A DNA stretch of 64,000 nt from the NCBI GenBank assembly GCA_023139045.1, contig JAGLOJ010000014.1:22264-86263 (forward strand). Direction: 5' to 3'. Positions 56,891 to 64,000 of the stretch are shown here, piece after piece. The notes beneath the pieces are model-generated. The model was given only the letters and a program-made list of their open reading frames with translations. It searched no databases and was not told the origin of the DNA. The position numbers and the translations under genes are program-made. This DNA comes from Candidatus Sabulitectum sp. GTDB lineage: Bacteria > Fermentibacterota > Fermentibacteria > Fermentibacterales > JCC-6. Each line of letters starts with the position of its first letter. Positions within the stretch are counted from its first letter, which is position 1.

Positions 56891-58081
56891 TTAGAAAACA
56901 GTGATATCAGTGCCGTCTGTTGTGATGATGAAGGTTCCGTCCTGGTCTGTTCGGAAAACCGGAATACCCCGACTGTCCAGTCTGTTCAGGAGTTCGCTGT
57001 GCGGATGTCCGTAAGGATTTCCTGATCCGACCTCAATTGCCGCGTAAGACGGTTGAACTGCGTCAAGCCACAAGTTGCCTGTGGCATCACCGGAGCCGTG
57101 GTGTCCAACTTTGAGAACGTCGGCTCGCAGATCTTCCGGAGAATAATGGGCAAGAACATCATCTTCTCCATCATCCGTTTCCAGATCACCGGTAAACAGA
57201 AATGAAACTTCCTCAAAGGTTATGTGAATCAGTATTGAAGCATTGTTCATATCGCCGGAGCCGGGGTGAGCTTCCGGATGAAGTATCTCCACCTGCAGGT
57301 TCGGGTCCCAGTCGAGAGTCATACCCCTGGTGCCTTCAATGTATTCTGCACCTGAATTCTGAACTTCCTGAAGAAATTCCTCATAAGTGTTGGAAGCATC
57401 CCCTGTCCAGCCGCAATCCCAGACCTTGTCCACGGGCATTTCCTCAAGTATGGCGATAAGCCCGCCGATATGATCCGAGTGTGGATGAGTTCCCACTATT
57501 CCATCCAGACGGGTAATACCCAGGCTGTCCAGCATGGGAAGTATCCGGTCTCTGCCACAGCTCCAGTCACTTCTTCTGTCTCCTCCGTCGATAAGATAGT
57601 TGAACCCCCCCGGTGTTCGAATAAGCATAGCGTCACCGGACAAAGATCCATGGGACGGATCTATAAAGAAAACTGTAAGATTGTCTGGTTCGTTCAAGGG
57701 AATTGTGAGACTGAGTTCGTTGCTCCATGCAGAAAGCAGAGATGTGTTTCTGGTTTCCAGAGCATACCAGTAGGTATCACCCGGTGTCACATCGGCATCA
57801 AACCAGGTGTTCTGAAGCGGATCACCGGAAAATATTTTCAACGCCTGAGCCTGAGAAGGATCAGCCTGGATACCGGCAGATTGACTTCTCCACAAGATGT
57901 AGGCATTGAAATCTTCATCGGAGCATTGCGTCCAGCTTGTGTACACTACGGAATCGGACTGAAGCTGAATTGCAAGAACACTTGGCGTGGGGTTACCTGC
58001 GGAATCAACCGGTGACTCTCCGCACGACAGAACAATAAGAAGACCGGCAGCAAGCACAGATACTGGAAATTTAATGCGCAT
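56891..58081 (-). CDS. Lipoprotein with FN3-like domain and ComEC/Rec2-type metallo-beta-lactamase domain
   Basis: IVLSC lipobox; GDA.LI...LIDGG, THPHSDHIGG, NNAS, LFTGD, LKVGHHGS, N.YGHP and RTDQDG motifs. Confidence 0.88.
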   Translation of the reverse strand: MRIKFPVSVLAAGLLIVLSCGESPVDSAGNPTPSVLAIQLQSDSVVYTSWTQCSDEDFNAYILWRSQSAGIQADPSQAQALKIFSGDPLQNTWFDADVTPGDTYWYALETRNTSLLSAWSNELSLTIPLNEPDNLTVFFIDPSHGSLSGDAMLIRTPGGFNYLIDGGDRRSDWSCGRDRILPMLDSLGITRLDGIVGTHPHSDHIGGLIAILEEMPVDKVWDCGWTGDASNTYEEFLQEVQNSGAEYIEGTRGMTLDWDPNLQVEILHPEAHPGSGDMNNASILIHITFEEVSFLFTGDLETDDGEDDVLAHYSPEDLRADVLKVGHHGSGDATGNLWLDAVQPSYAAIEVGSGNPYGHPHSELLNRLDSRGIPVFRTDQDGTFIITTDGTDITVF

Positions 58082-58105
58082 TCAGTTCCTGCTCCTTTTC
58101 ACTGC

Positions 58106-58891
58106 TCAGTTCCCGATTACACCACTGTCTGCCCCTACCGGGAGTACAGGAGCCTCCCCGCCATGGATTACGAATATATCAAAGAACTGCTGAAGGAGCC
58201 TTCTCTCCGTGTCTCCGAAAAGCATTCGGAAATCAGGTGATTCCGATGAAACAACCAGTTGCTCTGCTGTACAGATTTCCCTGAGCATCCACTGTGGAAG
58301 GCTGAATGCAGCTTCATACAAAAGAGTTCCATCGGGAAGCCAATTCCCTTCATAGCTTTCAGCCTGCTCAGCAAGGAATGGAAAGGAAGTTCTGTTGGCA
58401 ACGATAGTAACAACCTCAGTACCAGTTACCACCGGAAGAAGAGTTCCGCCGTCGGTGGAGGATGACACTCCGCTGTGCATGACCAGGCTTTCAACATCTG
58501 AATCAATCATATAAGACTGCATTCTGCAAGTAAATTCAAGTTGAAATTCTTTTGCTGCAGATCTGCGTGAAGAGCCAACAGAGATAATTACGGGTCTTAC
58601 CTCGAAGGCAACACCGTCGGTTTCAGTTTTGCATCCCACAAGAGTAGACCGTGACCAGTTTCCGCACCGCTCAATTTCTACATGCCCTCCTCCGAGCAGA
58701 AGATACCTGGAATAAACGGTATCTTGAAATGCCGATGGTGGAACGGGAAACGCCGGGGAAGAACTCTCAACATACACAGTGTCCGGTGGTTGTACTCCAC
58801 CTCCGCCGGAGTGTGTGGAATAGTCATACATATTTATCGTGCAGGCGCTAAAAATCAGCAGCCCGGCTAAAACAGCAATTTTTGTCATCAT
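58106..58891 (-). CDS. Hypothetical lipoprotein
   Basis: MMTKIAVLAGLLIFSAC lipobox with AAAGGAG RBS. Confidence 0.7.
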   Translation of the reverse strand: MMTKIAVLAGLLIFSACTINMYDYSTHSGGGGVQPPDTVYVESSSPAFPVPPSAFQDTVYSRYLLLGGGHVEIERCGNWSRSTLVGCKTETDGVAFEVRPVIISVGSSRRSAAKEFQLEFTCRMQSYMIDSDVESLVMHSGVSSSTDGGTLLPVVTGTEVVTIVANRTSFPFLAEQAESYEGNWLPDGTLLYEAAFSLPQWMLREICTAEQLVVSSESPDFRMLFGDTERRLLQQFFDIFVIHGGEAPVLPVGADSGVIGN

Positions 58892-59096
58892 TTCTCCTTT
58901 CATTCCCTATCATACATCTCCAACCAGGAAGGTGTTCCATTGAGAGTCGCCTGGGCCGTTAACGCAAGACATTCTTATATGATTGCTGCATTTGCCTTTA
59001 TGGGGATTCCAGCTACTGTAGCAATTCACCTGCTTTCTGAGCAGCCAATACTCTATCAAACGACAGTTATATTCGCTCTACCCGAAGGAGGGTTAA

Positions 59097-59780
59097 ATGA
59101 TCACAACTGCTGCAATTGCAATGACACTGATTCTGGTTTCAACTGTTCTATTTCAAGATGATTTCAATGACGGAACCGCTGACGAATGGTTTACCGTAGG
59201 GCCATCAAGCTATGAGGTTCAGGACCAGAGATACCATTTCAGTGGAGGCGGTGCCGTGAATCACGCAACATCTTACAGGGGAGATGCCGGGGAGGTAATG
59301 AGTACCCCTGATTACTCCATGTGTACAGATGTTGAAATAGATGTAGGCATCTTTGGCGGAATGATGACGAGGTATTCAGAGAACGGCCTTTACAACATGA
59401 TGCTTGTTTTAAGCATACCCCACCAGGCCCTGAGACTCTACCGGTGGCACTGGTCATCAATCGAACTGATAGAATCTTATCCTTTTCCTGTTCAGACCGG
59501 TATCACATACACTGTAAAAATGCAGTGCAGTGGAAATACTTTGGCCGGTAGAGCCTGGCTCCCGGGGGAAAACGAACCGGAGGAATGGTTTGTTTCTGTA
59601 ACAGACACCCTGTCCAGACCGGGGGCAGCGGCACTTTTTGCCGTAGGAACATCCAAGGAATTCACAGATGTGTATATGAGCTGTTTCTTCGACAATGTGG
59701 TGGTTGAAACCCCTGAACCATGGGCACTTGCACAAAATACATGGGCAAGCATAAAAAGGCTGAACAGTCTGCCGCATTGA
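59097..59780 (+). CDS. Secreted lectin-like (LamG/DUF1080-like) protein with C-terminal TWxSIK motif
   Basis: Signal peptide, LFQDDFNDG...FDNVVV jelly-roll termini, and a tail ALAQNTWASIKRL. GGAGG RBS. Confidence 0.7.
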   Translation: MITTAAIAMTLILVSTVLFQDDFNDGTADEWFTVGPSSYEVQDQRYHFSGGGAVNHATSYRGDAGEVMSTPDYSMCTDVEIDVGIFGGMMTRYSENGLYNMMLVLSIPHQALRLYRWHWSSIELIESYPFPVQTGITYTVKMQCSGNTLAGRAWLPGENEPEEWFVSVTDTLSRPGAAALFAVGTSKEFTDVYMSCFFDNVVVETPEPWALAQNTWASIKRLNSLPH

Positions 59781-59786
59781 GTACAG

Positions 59787-61562
59787 CTACAGTGCCCGTA
59801 TCAGAACAACTCTCCGGATAAATACAGGTTCTGTGTGATCTGTACTAAGTTCTACCATCAGAGAATCTCCGGCAGGCTGAAGCAGAATGGAGAAGTGCTG
59901 AGAATGCTCCGCTGGAATCCACTCACCGGCATCCGGTAAATCAGCAAGAACAATTCCTGCCGGAACCTCGGCTGTAATTGTAATTCCAGGTATTTCATTC
60001 TGATTATGCGTCACTGTGTGCTTGTACATGTTGAAGAAATAGGCGGGTATTGCAATGGAATCGGCAGTTTTCTCTATTCCCAGCACGGCGCTTTCCCTGT
60101 TGAACCACAATACCCCATGGCAGGTATATGGCCAGGTCCCGCGAACAGTCACACGACTGTAAAGTCTCTGAAACTCCCCGGAAGATGACAGACTTTCCGC
60201 AACGGCTAAACCTGAGGGCTCACCAGCAACATTGAAGCTGATGATATCAGGCTGCCGTTCGAGTATGTAATCGGGATTGCAGACATTGTGTCCTGGAAGA
60301 CCTTTCTCTGCACTACCGCCCTGATTCATGGCCAGATACCTGTCATTCAGACCCAGCATGTCAAAAGAAGGCAGCTCAGACCAGTAAGGCAGGGCTCCCG
60401 CAGCGGTAACGGCAAGAAGAGGTTCCCGTTCTCCGAAAGCTTCTTTCAACACAAGAGCTGTTACCTGACCGTCCCATTCCCACAGTTCTTTCCGGGCCTC
60501 ACGGTTCCGTGAATCAGTATACTGCAACACAACGAAGAGAAGCAGTGTTACCGCAAACAGGAACACAGTTCCGGTGGTTCTTCTAATTTTTGGAAACTCT
60601 TCAATACATATCCAGGTAAAAAGAACAACAAGAGGAACGAAATGTCTGTATGCCGGGAAGATATCTCCCCCGATAAGTATCAGATAGAGCATCCATACCA
60701 GTGCCATTGCCGCCGGCAGCAGAGTTCTTGTATGCCTCTTGCGGACGGCTTTAACGGTTGCAGCAACAGAAAACAGGCTAAGTGGAAAAAGAACAAATGC
60801 ACCTCGAATCAGATACTTGATACCCTCGATAGAGTAGTGCACAGATGGACGCATCTTAATCCTCGCGGTGTTCGGCACATAATCTCCGTAGTAACCAAGT
60901 CGAAAACCAAGTTGACCGAGAACAAACAATGCAGGAAGAACTGCCAGAAGAAAAGATCGTTTCCCGTACCCGGAAAAAAGCAGAACCAGTACCGCGATAA
61001 AGGTGAAGATGGCTCCGTCGGGCCTGGTTATACACAGCAATGCCAGTGGAATGGAAGAAGAAAAATAAACCTGCACTCCTGCATCCCGGTTATCAATAAT
61101 TCTCCAGACCAGAGGAATGGAAAGCGCCAGAAGGGCAGCGACAAGAGGCTGTTCCAGGCCTCCAATTGCCCAGACCCCCAGAGGTGCGGACAGTACAGCA
61201 AAGAGCAGAACAATCATGTGCTCTCTTGTAATATTTTTTCTGTAAGCGAAGAGAACACAGAACACAAAGCAGATCATGGAAATAATCCCCAGCAGTCGAA
61301 CTGTGGCAACTCCGGAAATTCCAGCGAAGACACCGGCAGCAGTTAGAAGAACCCAGAGAAGATTGGAGTACCCTTCCACTGCTGGGCCATCAGTCCAGGT
61401 GAGTCCATCACCATCGGCAAGTCTGGCGGAATAGCGCATGGAAATCAGGGCATCATCAGATAGAAAAGGCAGATAGAACAGAGCATTGAGTATAAGTACA
61501 GCGCTGAAAGCAAGAAAAGCAGGTAGATATGGATATGATCCCTGGCGTGTTCTATTGCCCAA
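59787..61562 (-). CDS. GT-C superfamily membrane glycosyltransferase (AftB-like)
   Basis: SDDALISMRYS..LA.GDGLTW..G..VEGYSNLLWV, GLEQPL, TRPDG, YYGD.VPNT, GGD...YRHFVP and DMLGL.D motifs, with multiple TMs. Confidence 0.8.
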   Translation of the reverse strand: MGNRTRQGSYPYLPAFLAFSAVLILNALFYLPFLSDDALISMRYSARLADGDGLTWTDGPAVEGYSNLLWVLLTAAGVFAGISGVATVRLLGIISMICFVFCVLFAYRKNITREHMIVLLFAVLSAPLGVWAIGGLEQPLVAALLALSIPLVWRIIDNRDAGVQVYFSSSIPLALLCITRPDGAIFTFIAVLVLLFSGYGKRSFLLAVLPALFVLGQLGFRLGYYGDYVPNTARIKMRPSVHYSIEGIKYLIRGAFVLFPLSLFSVAATVKAVRKRHTRTLLPAAMALVWMLYLILIGGDIFPAYRHFVPLVVLFTWICIEEFPKIRRTTGTVFLFAVTLLLFVVLQYTDSRNREARKELWEWDGQVTALVLKEAFGEREPLLAVTAAGALPYWSELPSFDMLGLNDRYLAMNQGGSAEKGLPGHNVCNPDYILERQPDIISFNVAGEPSGLAVAESLSSSGEFQRLYSRVTVRGTWPYTCHGVLWFNRESAVLGIEKTADSIAIPAYFFNMYKHTVTHNQNEIPGITITAEVPAGIVLADLPDAGEWIPAEHSQHFSILLQPAGDSLMVELSTDHTEPVFIRRVVLIRAL

Positions 61563-63654
61563 CAGAGTTACCGTTACCCCACTGAAGCAGGTAAAGATTG
61601 TAATAGATACCGCGTCTGGACAGAAGTTCCTGGTGGGTACCTCTTTCCATGATTAGTCCTGCATCAATAACCATGATCTCATCGCACTTCTGAATGGTTG
61701 ACAACCTGTGTGCCACAATGATGCTTGTTCTTCCCTTCATAAGAGTATCTATGGCTCTCTGGATAAGCTGTTCAGTGGCGGGGTCTACATTGCTTGTGGC
61801 TTCATCCAGAACCAGAATACGGGGATCGTGGGCAAGAGCCCGGGCAAAACAGATCAACTGTTTCTGACCTGTGGAGAGAGTGGCACCACGCTCCGCCATG
61901 ACTGTATCAAAACCCTTTGGAAGTCGATCAATGAACTCGGTTGCCTGAACCATGTCGGCAGCCCTGCGGACTTCTTCACTGGTGAGGTTACTGCTGAGTC
62001 TTATGTTGTCCGCCACTGATCTGCTGAAGATAAAGGCATCCTGAAGAACAATTGCTGTGTTCTTTCTGAGGGTTTCCACAGAGTGATCTCTTATGTCTGC
62101 CCCGTCAAGCAGAATTCTTCCCGTATCCACATCCCAGAACCTTGTGAGAAGGCTGATGATGGAAGTCTTACCAGCTCCGGTTGGCCCCACAAGAGCAACA
62201 CTCTTTCCAGGCTTAATACCGAAGTTGATATCTTTCAGTACGGGAGTATCCGCCGAATACCCGAAATTGACATCTTCAAATGTCACTTCTCCCCTGAGTT
62301 TCATCGGGGGAAGAGCATCCTCTGCCTCTTCAACCTCAGGCAGGGTATCCAGAATCATAAATATTCTTTCACTTGAAGCCATTGCACTCTGCATGATGTT
62401 GTACTTTTCACTCATGTCGGAGATGGGTCTGAACATCTGACGGACATAGCTGATGAATGCAACCAGGGCTCCGATAGTCAAGGCGCCTGATATAGCGCTG
62501 AGGCCGCCGTAGATAAGAACAATTGCAGTTCCAACCTGTGCAATAACTTCGATAAGCGGGCGGAACACGCCAAATACATAAAGCTGTTTCATGCTGATCT
62601 TGTAGTAGTTATCGTTGATCTCAAGATACTTGTCTCTTCTGGTTTTCTCCTGCCTGAATATCTGAATCACTTTCACCCCGGAGATATCCTCGGCTATGCT
62701 GGAATTGAGCTCTGCCAGGTGTTTTCTTACCTTACGGTAGATGACTCTGGTCTTCCTTCTGAAAAGAAGCGATGCTATTGTGAAGATGGGCAGAACGGTA
62801 AGGGAAATCAGAGCAAGTTTCCAATCCATGAAAAGAAGAATGGTAATTGTTCCAATGATGAGCAGGAAATCCTTCACAAGGTTCACAAGAACCGCACTGA
62901 ACATTTCATTCAATGCTTCAACATCGTTTGAAACCCTGGTTACAAGCCTGCCAACAGGGTTCCTGCTGAAAAAGTTGAGACTGAGTGTCTGTATGTGATT
63001 GAACAACTCAGTTCGTACATCGTACATTGAACGCTGTCCTGCTATCACAAGAGACATAACATGACCGTATCCTGCAAACATGCTTATCACAAGAAGTCCC
63101 ATGAAAATCAAAGCCAGTCTGGTAATCCCGGCAACATCCTTCTCCCTGATACTCATAAGCTTCTCTGGAGGGATTTTTCCCAGATCCCTCTCGGGAACAA
63201 GCCAGTAATCATTCTGCAAACGGCCTGTTTCCCCTTCATACTTGTCTGCCGGGAACAGGTAGAATGTTTCCGGCATCAGGTGTCCACCTGCTACAAGAAC
63301 ATGAGTTGTTGCCGGGTCCATACCATCCATAGAGGCTTTTCTTATCAGAAGAGTGTCAGACGCAAGGAAGATAAAATCTCCCTCTGCCGGCGCAAGATCC
63401 ATCAGGCTGTCACAGGCGGAAGGGGTATCTGTATAGACCTGATACAACCGTGCAAGATATTTATCGATTCCCTGCTTGGTTACATAGGGCAGAAGCAGCT
63501 CAACGCTGGAAGAAATAAGCATGAAAAACATTGCGAGAAAGATCAACTTGCGGTGTGGCCCAGCATAGTGAAGCAACCGCTTGATCAGCTTTGAATCGTA
63601 ACCTTTCCCTTCCACAGAATCGTCAGCAAATGAACTGTTTCCATGGGGTGGCAT
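61552..63654 (-). CDS. ABC exporter half-transporter (TMD+NBD) of a heterodimeric multidrug/peptide type
   Basis: GPTGAGKTS, LSTGQKQ, LVLDEATS, AHRLSTI and six TMs, with an extra ~110-aa loop after TM1. Start set at ATG 63654 (TGATG overlap). Confidence 0.92.
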   Translation of the reverse strand: MPPHGNSSFADDSVEGKGYDSKLIKRLLHYAGPHRKLIFLAMFFMLISSSVELLLPYVTKQGIDKYLARLYQVYTDTPSACDSLMDLAPAEGDFIFLASDTLLIRKASMDGMDPATTHVLVAGGHLMPETFYLFPADKYEGETGRLQNDYWLVPERDLGKIPPEKLMSIREKDVAGITRLALIFMGLLVISMFAGYGHVMSLVIAGQRSMYDVRTELFNHIQTLSLNFFSRNPVGRLVTRVSNDVEALNEMFSAVLVNLVKDFLLIIGTITILLFMDWKLALISLTVLPIFTIASLLFRRKTRVIYRKVRKHLAELNSSIAEDISGVKVIQIFRQEKTRRDKYLEINDNYYKISMKQLYVFGVFRPLIEVIAQVGTAIVLIYGGLSAISGALTIGALVAFISYVRQMFRPISDMSEKYNIMQSAMASSERIFMILDTLPEVEEAEDALPPMKLRGEVTFEDVNFGYSADTPVLKDINFGIKPGKSVALVGPTGAGKTSIISLLTRFWDVDTGRILLDGADIRDHSVETLRKNTAIVLQDAFIFSRSVADNIRLSSNLTSEEVRRAADMVQATEFIDRLPKGFDTVMAERGATLSTGQKQLICFARALAHDPRILVLDEATSNVDPATEQLIQRAIDTLMKGRTSIIVAHRLSTIQKCDEIMVIDAGLIMERGTHQELLSRRGIYYNLYLLQWGNGNSVGQ

Positions 63655-64000
63655 CAGCAATCGCCCCCTTCATACCTTTTCTCAACCTCTTCTTCAAGCT
63701 GCTGCATTCTGTAAAGCTCAGCGTAGTAACCATTCTTTTCAAGCAGATCCTGGTGGGTTCCCTTTTCCACAAGTTTTCCGTCATCAAGAACAAGGATGAG
63801 ATCGGCATGTTGAACGGTGCTTATTCTGTGGGCAATAAGAATATTGGTAAGCCCTGAAATTTCTTCCTTGAGTTTCGCAAGAATTGCCGATTCCGTTTCA
63901 GTATCGATGGCACTGAGTGAGTCATCCAGCACAAGAATGGAAGGCGAAACAGCCAGTGCTCGCGCTATGGCAATCCTCTGCTTCTGTCCACCGGAAAGAG
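63654..64000 (-). CDS. Partner ABC half-transporter, C-terminal NBD only (runs off window end)
   Basis: LSGGQKQRIAIARALAVSPSILVLDDSLSAIDTETE...IAHRISTV. The degenerate Walker B (DD) is typical of a heterodimer partner. Confidence 0.9.
   Translation of the reverse strand, partial: LSGGQKQRIAIARALAVSPSILVLDDSLSAIDTETESAILAKLKEEISGLTNILIAHRISTVQHADLILVLDDGKLVEKGTHQDLLEKNGYYAELYRMQQLEEEVEKRYEGGDC

Noticed and set aside
1-64000. CRISPR array, rRNA, tmRNA, RNase P RNA, prophage or IS elements
   Set aside because: No regularly spaced repeats, conserved RNA signatures, or phage/transposase motifs were recognised by eye. A covariance-model search could still find divergent RNAs.

Overview
This is a 64-kb chromosomal window from a diderm, probably anaerobic bacterium. 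The gene content (T9SS-like C-terminal domains, PorV-like barrels, GWxTD proteins, a C-terminal 'TWxSIK' motif, split GcvPA/PB) suggests an uncultured FCB-group lineage such as Ca. Fermentibacterota; this taxonomy is inference only. Layout from left to right: (1) 1-16 kb, housekeeping: plsX (partial), rpmF, yceD, phosphohexomutase, ctpA, tmk, ino1, a PI(P)-synthase-like gene, rsmI, DUF3006, an Na/Pi cotransporter, a DPPR-synthase-like UbiA gene, ispE, tRNA-Gln, rplY, pth, a DEDDh exonuclease, murA (Cys->Asp variant) and a TolB-like lipoprotein. (2) 17.6-32.7 kb, an 11-gene minus-strand envelope operon: TonB-dependent receptor, ExbB, two ExbD, TonB, an FN3/T9SS-CTD-like protein, a PorV-like barrel, two GWxTD proteins, an apparently catalytically dead M30-like peptidase with a CTD, and a TPR lipoprotein. 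(3) 33-44 kb, a patchwork of FadL/PorV-like barrel paralogs, an AAA-DUF4143 pseudogene, a four-gene DUF6754 membrane cluster, a YyaL remnant, an ABC-F gene with a leader uORF and a GNAT. (4) 44.7-52.8 kb, the glycine cleavage operon gcvT-H-PA-PB, extended by two unknown genes, an orphan GlmL-like ASKHA ATPase and a hybrid-motif/KOW protein. (5) 53-64 kb, a PAS-GGDEF diguanylate cyclase, a BrnT/BrnA toxin-antitoxin pair, a ComEC-like MBL lipoprotein, a GT-C glycosyltransferase and a heterodimeric ABC exporter. The two best candidates for undescribed systems are the GlmL-like ATPase + KOW protein + DUF6754 membrane module linked to glycine cleavage, and the TBDR-TonB-CTD-PorV-GWxTD outer-membrane module. 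I saw no CRISPR array, rRNA or intact mobile element. All family assignments come from motif recognition by eye, not database searches.
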